A stretch of 64,000 nucleotides of DNA from a virus. Its lineage: Duplodnaviria > Caudoviricetes. Each line of letters starts with the position of its first letter. Position 1 is the first letter of the stretch. The position numbers were made by a program, and so were the translations under genes. The DNA lies in IMG/VR virus record IMGVR_UViG_3300021400_000063; one strand, given 5' to 3'. Shown piece by piece: positions 46,472 to 55,519 of the stretch. The notes under the pieces are model-generated. The model did not search any database. It was not told where the DNA came from and saw only the letters and a list, made by a program, of their open reading frames with translations.

Positions 46472-47548
46472 TTATTTACAATACTTAATATAAACGCTAT
46501 TAAGCATTAAATATGAACTATAGTTTGATACATAATGAAGAACATCTAAAATAGAATTATGCATTTTAGTCTTTATATTATCATAATCAGCTTCAACAGA
46601 TTTACCTATAGTTTCCAATTCACTGATATATTGTTTAGTATGTTCAGATGTAATTTCATTTAAAGGTTTCTTAAAAGTATTTTGCATTTCTGTAGAAAAA
46701 CGTTCTTCAAATGGTATATATTTGTATTTAAACATAATATCTATAATTGACTTATCATTTAATTTATCCAAAGCATAATTTGTACAATCTACAATATCTT
46801 TATACATTAATCCATCATTTACAATTTCTTCATCATTATCTGATGTATCAAATGGTGATATTATGATAGAACTATCAGATATCAACCATTTGAAAAAAGG
46901 TTCTATATTTTTATAATACCAAAGTTTTATTGTAGCAAAAAATGATGACTGTTGTCTTTTAAGTTTTTCAGCATCTTTGTTTAATAAATAATTTACATTT
47001 TCATAATTCTTTTTACATTCATCATGTTCATCGATATATTTATTAACTATAGATATAATTTTCGTAAAAAAGTTATCTAATATAACACTTTTATCTTCTT
47101 TAAAATAATCAACATTTATATCATAAGATCTTTTTGTTACATAAATATTTTTAACACATTTACTAGTTAATAATAAAATATCATCGATAAAATTATTTAC
47201 ATTTACTTTTCCAGTAAGTTTATCAGCATTATATATTACATCCATTGCTAACATGTCATAATTAAATTCTAATACTTTATCAAAAATATAAATTATATTT
47301 GCTATTTCTTTTAAATATACACAAGCTGAATTTAAATTTTTTGGAAGCTCTGTATAATTATTAACTTTGATATAGTTATTTGTTAGATATGAAATATTTG
47401 ACCCGTCGAATATATAACCTGTAGTTTTATAATTTTCCACAAATAAATTATATATTTCGGTAATCATTTCTTTATCGTATTTAAAAGATTTAGACTTTTT
47501 ATATTTCTTAAAAAATAATCTCTCTAAAGGTTTAAATTTATTTTTCAT
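46472..47548 (-). CDS. Hypothetical protein
   Basis: AGGAG RBS before MKNKF at 47548. Late promoter 47564-47577. Confidence 0.6.
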   Translation of the reverse strand: MKNKFKPLERLFFKKYKKSKSFKYDKEMITEIYNLFVENYKTTGYIFDGSNISYLTNNYIKVNNYTELPKNLNSACVYLKEIANIIYIFDKVLEFNYDMLAMDVIYNADKLTGKVNVNNFIDDILLLTSKCVKNIYVTKRSYDINVDYFKEDKSVILDNFFTKIISIVNKYIDEHDECKKNYENVNYLLNKDAEKLKRQQSSFFATIKLWYYKNIEPFFKWLISDSSIIISPFDTSDNDEEIVNDGLMYKDIVDCTNYALDKLNDKSIIDIMFKYKYIPFEERFSTEMQNTFKKPLNEITSEHTKQYISELETIGKSVEADYDNIKTKMHNSILDVLHYVSNYSSYLMLNSVYIKYCK

Positions 47549-47563
47549 TATATGTCTCCTATT

Positions 47564-47577
47564 CATATTCATGTGTC
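47564..47577 (-). promoter_or_regulatory. Late-type promoter
   Basis: GACA CATGAA TATG. Confidence 0.55.
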
Positions 47578-47613
47578 GAAGTTCATGTTATTTTGTAAAA
47601 TGTTTATTTTTTG

Positions 47614-47628
47614 TATATTATAATAATG
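47614..47628 (+). promoter_or_regulatory. Early-type promoter (orphan)
   Basis: TATATTATAATAATG with upstream context like the 45989 copy. No ORF >=60 aa with a credible start downstream. Confidence 0.6.
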
Positions 47629-47637
47629 AATAAAAGA

Positions 47638-47666
47638 TAAGGAGGGCGCCGCAAACGCCCTCCTTA
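47638..47666 (-). terminator. GC-rich hairpin/terminator of candidate sRNA
   Basis: TAAGGAGGGCG/CGCCCTCCTTA. Confidence 0.65.
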
Positions 47667-47697
47667 AATTTAATTTTTATTCAAGGTGGTGAGCACG

Positions 47698-47796
47698 ATG
47701 AATAACGATCTATACACTTATTTTTATAGTGTACACGATTATGACGGTTCTGCGTTAACTTTAAAAACACAGATAACTCGAAGACCAGTTTATTAG
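47698..47796 (+). CDS. Possible 32-aa peptide MNNDLYTYFYSVHDYDGSALTLKTQITRRPVY
   Basis: AAGGTGG RBS-like element 8 nt upstream. Lies between early promoter 47614-47628 and terminator 47869-47898. May only be the antisense image of the sRNA. Confidence 0.3.
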   Translation: MNNDLYTYFYSVHDYDGSALTLKTQITRRPVY

Positions 47797-47833
47797 AGAA
47801 ACCGGAATCGATCCCGTCACAAATAAATGTATA

Positions 47834-47847
47834 TATACATAATTGTT
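47834..47847 (-). promoter_or_regulatory. Late-type promoter (orphan; drives candidate sRNA)
   Basis: AACA ATTATG TATA. Confidence 0.6.
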
Positions 47848-47868
47848 ATACATACATTTATTAAATAT

Positions 47869-47898
47869 AAAAGAAGGGAGAAATATCTCCCTTCTTTT
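47869..47898. terminator. Bidirectional terminator
   Basis: AAAAGAAGGGAGA/TCTCCCTTCTTTT. Confidence 0.8.
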
Positions 47899-47899
47899 T

Positions 47900-48649
47900 T
47901 TAACCTTTTTTCTGATAAAGACATTGAACTTGAAAAGTTTCAGGATTATGAACACAATCTTTTTCAAAGATTGCTTCTAATTCTTTTATATCAGATTCGG
48001 CACTACTGTACTCATCAATCTTAGTTTCAATATCAACACCACCAAATGATTGATTACCACCTTCATATTTATACTTATGATATAAAGCAAATTTCATATA
48101 AGCAATGAAGTATTCTTCAAATAATGGTTGAATATTTTTTGGAATTGTTTTTAAAGTTCTGTTTGCTTTCAGTTGTACAGTAAAATCTCTATGAGATTGT
48201 TGAGGTGGATCTACTATAAGTAAATCCGGTTCTTGGAAAGTTACTAAATAATATGATCGTGTATGAGGCATATCTGCTCTAGCAGATAAGAAGATTTGGT
48301 TTAACATGAAGTTTCCACCAGTATACACATCTGATGTATCATTACCACCAATTTGGTAATCGAAAATATCAAACCATTCAATATCTTCTTGCTCATCGAT
48401 CCATGGTACTTCAAATTGCTTAGGTATTCGATATGTACCATAATTTGTAATTTTACCAGAGTAGTCCCTAAAAGGAATAGCATCCTCTCTACGAATTCTT
48501 ACGTCATAGATTTTAGGATACCATTGTGAAAATCTTGGCAATACCTTTACGTTTAGAACGTTATTGATCATGTTTTCTGAAATCAAACCCATGATCTTAG
48601 GTCCAACCGAGATTTCCAAACTTGCAAGTAATCTAGTTCTTGAAATCAT
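47900..48649 (-). CDS. Head completion/neck protein
   Basis: Downstream of the prohead protease. C-terminal ALYHKYKY...GGVDIE resembles T4 gp13-like adaptors. Confidence 0.45.
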   Translation of the reverse strand: MISRTRLLASLEISVGPKIMGLISENMINNVLNVKVLPRFSQWYPKIYDVRIRREDAIPFRDYSGKITNYGTYRIPKQFEVPWIDEQEDIEWFDIFDYQIGGNDTSDVYTGGNFMLNQIFLSARADMPHTRSYYLVTFQEPDLLIVDPPQQSHRDFTVQLKANRTLKTIPKNIQPLFEEYFIAYMKFALYHKYKYEGGNQSFGGVDIETKIDEYSSAESDIKELEAIFEKDCVHNPETFQVQCLYQKKG

Positions 48650-48674
48650 ATAAACTGGACCTCCTTAGATAAGA

Positions 48675-49553
48675 TTAACGTCCAGCACAAAGGATCTGAT
48701 TTACTTTGTAAACGTTTGTAGGAATCTTAATAGACTGAGAATATTCTCCATTGTCTTTGATAAGAAGAGAAATTAAACCTTCTTCAGAATATGAAATATC
48801 TTTTACATCTTTCATACTAAATCCATAAATATCTTCCATAATAGGAAGAGATTCCTGTGATTTAAGAAGATTCATAAATTCTTCTTTCTTTCTTCCAGCA
48901 GTCCAATGGATATCGAGACCTTTCCAATTCTCTTGAGAAGCATCATATGAATCAACATTTTCGATAATAGATGCTGGTTTAAAACCTGGTGCGGAAGAAA
49001 TACAGTCGAATGTTACAAGACGCATCTTTCCAAATTTATGGATATATGGATTTCCCTGAGCATCTTCTCTTTCTTCATAATTAGGTGTAAGAACACGAGT
49101 TGATAAAGATATATTGGACCCTTTCTGAATCCAATCCCAAGGAATATCTCCCTTAGGTTTTACAAACTGAATATCTCCACGAATATCATTACCAATACGT
49201 TTATATCTAAGTAAACGGTGTGAGATATTATCTTTATCGACTTTCAAGAAACGTTCGCGAGAACAATTAGCATCCGGATGATCCAATTCACCAAACCATG
49301 TTCCACGATGAACTAATTCCTGAATATATGGAGAGTTCATAGCTTCCCAATATCCTGCAGATTCATAAAGAGATCTATTTCTAGAAATAGCATCCATAGA
49401 AATCCAAAGCATATCATGAATAGTCTGTGTTTTAGGATCTATTTTATCTCCAGAAAGTTTCTGAAGTGTTGTAAAAGATTCAATAGAGAACATATCTTTT
49501 GAATTAAGATCAATTACTTTACGTTCACATGAAAATATATTAGAATTACCCAT
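48675..49553 (-). CDS. Prohead maturation protease (T4 gp21/phiKZ gp175-like)
   Basis: GELDHP (His), ISH, LSTR (Ser), VTFD...PGF..A motifs. Own SCE/SIE/SQE putative self-cleavage sites. Confidence 0.85.
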   Translation of the reverse strand: MGNSNIFSCERKVIDLNSKDMFSIESFTTLQKLSGDKIDPKTQTIHDMLWISMDAISRNRSLYESAGYWEAMNSPYIQELVHRGTWFGELDHPDANCSRERFLKVDKDNISHRLLRYKRIGNDIRGDIQFVKPKGDIPWDWIQKGSNISLSTRVLTPNYEEREDAQGNPYIHKFGKMRLVTFDCISSAPGFKPASIIENVDSYDASQENWKGLDIHWTAGRKKEEFMNLLKSQESLPIMEDIYGFSMKDVKDISYSEEGLISLLIKDNGEYSQSIKIPTNVYKVNQILCAGR

Positions 49554-49574
49554 AATATATCTCCTTTAAATAAA

Positions 49575-49588
49575 TATATTTAATTGTC
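49575..49588 (-). promoter_or_regulatory. Late-type promoter of protease operon
   Basis: GACA ATTAAA TATA. Confidence 0.65.
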
Positions 49589-49612
49589 ACGATATAACAG
49601 TGAATATTTTTA

Positions 49613-49627
49613 TATATTATATCATTG
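49613..49627 (+). promoter_or_regulatory. Early-type promoter
   Basis: TATATTATATCATTG. Confidence 0.55.
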
Positions 49628-49637
49628 GAGGTAATAG

Positions 49638-49880
49638 ATGACAAAACATTTGCGCAATGTTATTGATGCGATTAAAGATAATCGTATCAAAGAAAAAGAT
49701 GGCAGATCATTTGTTGAGTGTAAACCGATAAATGCTACTCTTTTTCTAAATGATGACGAAAAGGAAGAATTCTTAACCAAAATTCGTAAATACGGATTTA
49801 AAGATTATGAAGCGATTCCAGTAAAGGATAGAATAAATCCAACATCGATTCATCATTATGAAATCATCTTAAAAAAATAA
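49638..49880 (+). CDS. Small early hypothetical protein
   Basis: Early promoter 49613-49627, GGAGG RBS, terminator 49887-49918. Confidence 0.65.
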   Translation: MTKHLRNVIDAIKDNRIKEKDGRSFVECKPINATLFLNDDEKEEFLTKIRKYGFKDYEAIPVKDRINPTSIHHYEIILKK

Positions 49881-49886
49881 ACTCAG

Positions 49887-49918
49887 AAAGAGAGGGTGAT
49901 AAATATCACCCTCTCTTT
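49887..49918. terminator. Bidirectional terminator
   Basis: AAAGAGAGGGTGAT/ATCACCCTCTCTTT. Confidence 0.8.
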
Positions 49919-49920
49919 TT

Positions 49921-50145
49921 TTAATGTGTTTTTTCCCATTCACGTTGTTTAGCCAACCTTTCAGATCTGATTTTGTTGTAATACTCTGGAGTAAGACAAC
50001 CAGGTCTGTTTGTAAAAACAGGACGTCCACTACCTTTGGCCATTTCCCCACCCGATTCAAATAAATGAAAATGTAAAGTTTCAAGAATTCCCTTTAAAAT
50101 GGTGTGTTTAGTAGAGGTTTTCTTTTTTCCTTTTGAATTAGCCAT
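49921..50145 (-). CDS. Small basic protein
   Basis: GGAGG RBS, MANSKGKKKTSTKH. Confidence 0.6.
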   Translation of the reverse strand: MANSKGKKKTSTKHTILKGILETLHFHLFESGGEMAKGSGRPVFTNRPGCLTPEYYNKIRSERLAKQREWEKTH

Positions 50146-50269
50146 AGCGGTGTACCTCCAAATAATTTAGATATATATTGTTATATCGGCAAATTAATAT
50201 ATAAAACATTAATAATTAAAAAACGATTAAATATAATATTTACATTTATTATGGAGGAAACTAAGAAAA

Positions 50270-51358
50270 ATGTATACTAAAGAAGAAAAATTTGATCGGG
50301 TATCAGCTGTTATTTTTGAAGGTCCAGATTGTTGTGGTAAATCAACACAGGTTGATAAATTTATTGAGAAAGTTGCAAAAAGCGATCGACATGATGTTAT
50401 TATTAAAGTTCATTTTCCATTCGATTCATTAGGTTATGATTTATTAAAGAATAATTATAATGAACTTGTAAATACAGTTTATTCTAAAGAATATATGGAA
50501 AATATCAACAATGATAAACTTGAAAAATTAAATAGAATTCTTATTCGAAATGTAGATTTAAATCATGTCGATAAACTATTATTCATATATGTTTTAAAAA
50601 ATCTTCTTTTGGGTAAAGAATATGATACAGCTATACCTATATCTCTTTATGAAAATACACTTAAACTGTCTCCAAGACAACTTATTGAAAATAAAAATTG
50701 TGAAATATGGTTCAATGGTTGTAAAATGAATAAAACCGATAATGATATAGATGTATTACGTATATATTTCGAACAGACTAAAAAACCTAACGTTTTGTTA
50801 GTGTTTGATAGATTTATTATTAGCGGTATAGTTTATAATTTACATTTACCAAGTTCTATGTCAGATAATAAATTATTTGAAAGAATTACAGATTCATTAT
50901 CTGTGGCTCAAATACATCATACTGAAAATGAAATCGATATATTAAATTCTATTGTACCAAACATTTTAAATTACGAAGAATCTTGTTTTGATGATAGGAT
51001 TAATTATTGTAATCCTAAAATTATCTGGTTTGTATTTAAACCATCTGAAACAATTTATAAAGCTTTCTTAAATGATAAAGAACGTAAAGTTGAAGAATAT
51101 GATACAAATGATATCTTACGAACTACAGTAAATGATATTTATACCGATATAGCTTCAAATAAGAATAAATCAAGATTCTTATTAACTAATCAATTCAATA
51201 TAATTCCAGTAGATTCTGACAAATATATTGAAATTTATAAAGATAAATCAATCGATGCTATTTCTTCAGATCTTTACAATAGATATACAAATAACATAAA
51301 AGTATATCATTCTCTTGAAAATAATATTAATAATTATTTAAGAGATATGTATGAATAA
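50270..51358 (+). CDS. Thymidylate/dNMP kinase-like protein with large insertion
   Basis: P-loop FEGPDCCGKSTQ, HFP, FDRFIISGIVY. Confidence 0.75.
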   Translation: MYTKEEKFDRVSAVIFEGPDCCGKSTQVDKFIEKVAKSDRHDVIIKVHFPFDSLGYDLLKNNYNELVNTVYSKEYMENINNDKLEKLNRILIRNVDLNHVDKLLFIYVLKNLLLGKEYDTAIPISLYENTLKLSPRQLIENKNCEIWFNGCKMNKTDNDIDVLRIYFEQTKKPNVLLVFDRFIISGIVYNLHLPSSMSDNKLFERITDSLSVAQIHHTENEIDILNSIVPNILNYEESCFDDRINYCNPKIIWFVFKPSETIYKAFLNDKERKVEEYDTNDILRTTVNDIYTDIASNKNKSRFLLTNQFNIIPVDSDKYIEIYKDKSIDAISSDLYNRYTNNIKVYHSLENNINNYLRDMYE

Positions 51359-51367
51359 AAAAAAATA

Positions 51368-51553
51368 ATGGAGAAAAGTATGGTTAGTTATGCAAATATG
51401 TCCGATGCTGAACTTGAAAAGTATCGTGAAGAAAGTCGTAAAAGAGATGAAAAAATACAAGAAGAATGGAAAAAAGAACATCCGAATGGTGTAGATCCTT
51501 CGTGTAGAACACCATATGATGTACCACATCATGTTCCTTATCGTGTAGGTTAA
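51368..51553 (+). CDS. Small hypothetical protein
   Basis: 61-aa ORF followed by terminator 51558-51590. Confidence 0.5.
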   Translation: MEKSMVSYANMSDAELEKYREESRKRDEKIQEEWKKEHPNGVDPSCRTPYDVPHHVPYRVG

Positions 51554-51557
51554 AAAA

Positions 51558-51590
51558 AATATAAAGTAGGACTATGTCCTACTTTATATT
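51558..51590. terminator. Bidirectional terminator
   Basis: AATATAAAGTAGGAC/GTCCTACTTTATATT. Confidence 0.8.
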
Positions 51591-51597
51591 ATATTTT

Positions 51598-51912
51598 TTA
51601 TAATACTTCAATTTCGTTATTTTCTTTAATCATATCTTCTTTTATACTTTCAACATCCATACAATAAATATCAGATTCATCATATGGTACAATATGTGGA
51701 GGATCGAATGGCCCATAAATTTTATTAACAAATTTAACCATCATTTTTTTAGCTTCATCTGAATCATTAGCTAAAACAGAATAATCAGTATCTATTCCAC
51801 CTACACTACAAATGAATAATTTTTTATTTTTATATTTGTCACACATGTCTTTACTCCTAATATCTGAACAATTTTTATTGTTTTTCATTAGTTGTATTTT
51901 GTGGAGTCTCAC
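51598..51912 (-). CDS. Hypothetical protein (true start probably MCDKY, ~51847)
   Basis: AGGAG before MCDKY. Last gene of the sbcC operon. Confidence 0.5.
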   Translation of the reverse strand: MRLHKIQLMKNNKNCSDIRSKDMCDKYKNKKLFICSVGGIDTDYSVLANDSDEAKKMMVKFVNKIYGPFDPPHIVPYDESDIYCMDVESIKEDMIKENNEIEVL

Positions 51913-52105
51913 CTTTTACATGAGATTTTACTTTGTTATTTTCTTTATAGTAATCGAGATATGTCATTAATACGAATAATGCTGTTTGAACTTGAGGTTC
52001 CCACTTTGGATCTTCATCAGCTTCAACAACATTTGGATTGTAAATAGCATCTCGCAGTTTACAAAACTGGTTATTCATCTCAATATACTTTTCTGTAGCT
52101 GTCAT
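51875..52105 (-). CDS. Small hypothetical protein
   Basis: AAGGAG RBS overlapping the sbcC stop. Confidence 0.55.
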   Translation of the reverse strand: MTATEKYIEMNNQFCKLRDAIYNPNVVEADEDPKWEPQVQTALFVLMTYLDYYKENNKVKSHVKGETPQNTTNEKQ

Positions 52106-52116
52106 AATTTTACTCC

Positions 52117-54852
52117 TTAATATCTAAATAAGATATTTTTATTTTTAAGTTTTTCTTCATCGATTTTAGCATCTTTCATAAGAATGATGTCACAAGGAAT
52201 ATCTTCAAATTCACCATTATGTGTAATAATGAAACAAGAATCACAACCCATTTCATTTATTCGATTTTGTATAACATCCATGAATCCTCTACGACGAGTT
52301 TCATCAAATGCACCATCAACTTCATCGAGTCTTAAAACATCATAACCACCTTTATCAACATTACTTTCAATAATACTGAAACTTATAGCAGTTGTAATTG
52401 TTTTAGTTTCACCTTGACTACATACTGATGCGTCAGGAATTGTTTCACCATTCTTATTTATTCTAATACTGAATTCATTTTCATCAATATTAAATTTTTC
52501 AATTTTAATATTTTCTCCCCACATGTTATTAAGATCTTCATTAGTTTTAACTGTAAGTTCATTTAAGAAACTTTCAATTTTCCAACTCGGATAACCTACT
52601 TTAGGAGACCATATTTTATTAAGAATGTTAATACGATTAAACTGTTCTTGGAGTTCATTTCGCATCTTTTCAATCTGACGTTTACTAATATAGAATGTAG
52701 TCATTTCATCACGTTTCTTATTCAAATCAGTTAATTCTTTTTCATATTCCAATTTCTTTTTATTAAGTTTAGTTTCAATATAATTTTTATTAGAATTGTA
52801 TGCATAATTAACTTTAGCAATTTGAAGAAGATTATGTTTATCAATAAGGGTTTGTTTTATCTGATAATTGATATCATTTATTTCGTTTTCACGTTCAACT
52901 ATCAATGACTCAGCATTCTTATATGATATAACCAAATTATGAACTTGATCATATTCATTATAACAAGATTCTTTTAAAGATTTCAATTCTTCATAGTTTT
53001 GAAGAGATTGTTTAATCTTTTCATTAAGCTTGCTATTTGTAAATACTAACGATTTTATGTTTTCAAGATCATTAATAGATTTACTAATATCATCTCTTTT
53101 TACACAAAGTGATGAATATTCCGTAATATCGTTAATAATACCTTTTATATCGTTGATATGTACATATACTGTATAAAGCTCTTTAGTAAAATAATCTGAA
53201 ATTACAGTAGGCATTTTACCTATTTTATCGGTATTTTTCATCAAAAAATCCTCAATTTCAACATAGATCTGGTGCCCTTTTTTCATATTTTCTAAAGATT
53301 CTTTAATTTCTGTAAGTTCCGAGTCATAATCAAAAATTTGTTTTTGAATAGTTGTAGATTCATTATAAAGTTCAGTTAAATTATCTTTTGGATTAAGATA
53401 CTTTAATAATTCGTCAACTATACCACATTGATGAGTTGCGCAGAACTTTGGTCGCTTCATAAGAATCTCAGTATCAAGATTACCATGTTCATATTTATAA
53501 ATTTCATTATTCACAAATGTAAGTTTTTCATTTGCCGTTTTCTTAAGATTATCAACCAATTGATATCTTTCATTCTTATCCGATAATGATTTCTCCAATT
53601 GACTCATATCTATGATTGTTTCCATTGGAACCAAATTATTCAATTGAATAAATCTATCATCAAGAATTTGCAACATCGTGTTAGTATCTGATATTACTGA
53701 TGAATCGGTTTTAAGTTGATCTTCAGTCATTTCATATTTGTTTTCAATTTCAACTATAGACTTATTTATAGTATTTAATAATTCATTATTAGAATCAATT
53801 GTATTATAAATACTATTTAAATCCATTCTGGAAATTCTTTCATCTGTATTTAACATAGCTTTTGATGAAGATATTTCGGATGATAACAATGACATTTTAT
53901 CTTCAATAGATTGAATCTGTTGAATCAGATCATTTTCTTTTCGTTGAATCATATCTAATTCTTTTTGGAACTGAATAGGATCACTTGTATTAGGAATATT
54001 AAATTTGCTCCATTTTTCCATAATCTCATCTTTTTTATTATTCAGTTCTCTGATAGTACTGATCAATTTAGATTTTTTGTCATTCAATTCTCTATCAGAT
54101 AAAATATATTTTTCAAATTGTGAATTGTATGTAAGTAATTGAGTTATATTAGTTTCAACTTCTTTTAAATTTTTAGTTATAGAAGCTATATTAGTATCAA
54201 CATAATTTAATTCAAGTTCATAATTTATAGAACTCATATTACCAATCTGTTTATTGTAATTATCAATTTCTTTTTTAAGTTTATTGATAATTTTTGCAGA
54301 TTTTTTATAAGCTTCTAAGAATTCAGAAATTTCAGGCATCCATTCAGAAATATAATTATTTCTTTCAGCAGGTTTCATACTAACAAAATCTTTAGCTCCA
54401 CCACTACCACAAAGATATCCAACATTTGTATAATTCTTAGACATATGGAGTTCATTTTCAATTATTTCAAGATAGCTTTCAACATTTCCATTAGGATTTA
54501 AATCTATTTCTTTTCCATCTATACATTTTTTAATGAAACATTTTGTAGTTTTCTTAGGATCATAAATAATTTTAATTTTATAAAGAATAAATCCATCTAC
54601 AAGATAATCTAATTCTTTAACTCCAACTTTATCCGGAATAATTCTAGATTTTGTTCTATCACCAACATGTTCCAATGGAAGTGGTGTCATTTCAGCCATA
54701 AGAGAAGTTTTACCAGAACCATTCTCACCTAATATCAAAATAATATTATTTGGAGAATTCGTTCTATCTATTTCGATTTCTGTTAATTCACGATTGGTAC
54801 CATGCCAAATTCCTATAAAATTAACAAGTTTAATACGTACTAAATTAACCAT
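52117..54852 (-). CDS. sbcC: SbcC/Rad50-like SMC ATPase (recombination nuclease subunit)
   Basis: Walker A GENGSGKTS, long coiled coils with central CATHQC hook, signature CSQGE, Walker B LRLDEVDGAFD, ITH. Start at 54852 or 54876. Confidence 0.9.
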   Translation of the reverse strand: MVNLVRIKLVNFIGIWHGTNRELTEIEIDRTNSPNNIILILGENGSGKTSLMAEMTPLPLEHVGDRTKSRIIPDKVGVKELDYLVDGFILYKIKIIYDPKKTTKCFIKKCIDGKEIDLNPNGNVESYLEIIENELHMSKNYTNVGYLCGSGGAKDFVSMKPAERNNYISEWMPEISEFLEAYKKSAKIINKLKKEIDNYNKQIGNMSSINYELELNYVDTNIASITKNLKEVETNITQLLTYNSQFEKYILSDRELNDKKSKLISTIRELNNKKDEIMEKWSKFNIPNTSDPIQFQKELDMIQRKENDLIQQIQSIEDKMSLLSSEISSSKAMLNTDERISRMDLNSIYNTIDSNNELLNTINKSIVEIENKYEMTEDQLKTDSSVISDTNTMLQILDDRFIQLNNLVPMETIIDMSQLEKSLSDKNERYQLVDNLKKTANEKLTFVNNEIYKYEHGNLDTEILMKRPKFCATHQCGIVDELLKYLNPKDNLTELYNESTTIQKQIFDYDSELTEIKESLENMKKGHQIYVEIEDFLMKNTDKIGKMPTVISDYFTKELYTVYVHINDIKGIINDITEYSSLCVKRDDISKSINDLENIKSLVFTNSKLNEKIKQSLQNYEELKSLKESCYNEYDQVHNLVISYKNAESLIVERENEINDINYQIKQTLIDKHNLLQIAKVNYAYNSNKNYIETKLNKKKLEYEKELTDLNKKRDEMTTFYISKRQIEKMRNELQEQFNRINILNKIWSPKVGYPSWKIESFLNELTVKTNEDLNNMWGENIKIEKFNIDENEFSIRINKNGETIPDASVCSQGETKTITTAISFSIIESNVDKGGYDVLRLDEVDGAFDETRRRGFMDVIQNRINEMGCDSCFIITHNGEFEDIPCDIILMKDAKIDEEKLKNKNILFRY

Positions 54853-55123
54853 AATTCTTATTTTAACCTCAGTCAAATATTATATAAATATATTTTAAGA
54901 TAAATAGAAAATAAATTTTTAAATTCGGTATCACAATATAATGAGTAAATACAATTAGGGTGAATGAAAATGGTCTCAGACATAACTTGTAGGAAAATTT
55001 TAAATAGTTTTCCTACAAGTATATGTTTTTACATACCGCTAATTTATTTTTCACTTATATATTTTAATCGTGAATAGGAGTTTTATATACTCTTATAAAT
55101 ATATTTATAAGGAGGCCACTAAC

Positions 55124-55519
55124 ATGGCTGATAAAATTGCTACAATTAAAAGATCTGATTGGATTGCAGTAGCAGCAAGTCAAACAGGTTTAAAAACAGA
55201 GGACATCGATAAGCTTGATAAAGCTATTCCTGGTGTTATCACAAATCTTGCATTGGAAAAAATCAATGATGGCGGTGCTAAAACAGTAATCACTGAAACA
55301 GGTCTTTGTGCCGTTAAAATGAATTACCATGAAAATGGTGAACGTACAAATGCTGATGGAACAAAAACAAAAGTAGGTCCAAACGTTACAGTTAACTTTG
55401 CTGTAAGTAAGAAGATGCTTCAGGATCTTAACAAAGGTTTGGCAATTGGTGTTAAAGTTGCAAAAGCTGCACCTGCAATTGGTAAGATAATTGATGGTGT
55501 AAAAACTCTTGCCGCTTAA
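55124..55519 (+). CDS. HU/IHF-like DNA-binding protein
   Basis: KRSDWIAVAASQTGLKTEDIDK helix, beta-arm ERTNADGTKTKVGP..VNFAVSKKMLQDLN. AAGGAGG RBS. Confidence 0.6.
   Translation: MADKIATIKRSDWIAVAASQTGLKTEDIDKLDKAIPGVITNLALEKINDGGAKTVITETGLCAVKMNYHENGERTNADGTKTKVGPNVTVNFAVSKKMLQDLNKGLAIGVKVAKAAPAIGKIIDGVKTLAA

Larger units (their letters stand above)
47635..47836 (-). ncRNA. Candidate late structured small RNA (~200 nt)
   Basis: Perfect late promoter AACA-ATTATG-TATA (47847-47834). Three helices with minus-strand G-U pairs. GC-rich terminal hairpin 47638-47666 followed by U-rich tract. Confidence 0.55.

Noticed and set aside
47683-47697. AAGGTGGTGAGCACG resembling a T-box antiterminator
   Set aside because: Lacks the GGTGGNACC consensus and an upstream Stem I, and there is no downstream amino-acid gene.
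47800-47820. GGATCGATTCC (minus) resembling a tRNA T-arm
   Set aside because: No cloverleaf, acceptor stem or CCA around it. Not called as tRNA.
47761-48024. ORFs 47761-47967 (-) and 47827-48024 (+)
   Set aside because: Both cross a bidirectional terminator and lack an RBS.
54964-55077. 37-codon plus-strand ORF (MKMVSDITCRK...)
   Set aside because: Runs through a strong hairpin and the HU-gene promoter, with a weak RBS.
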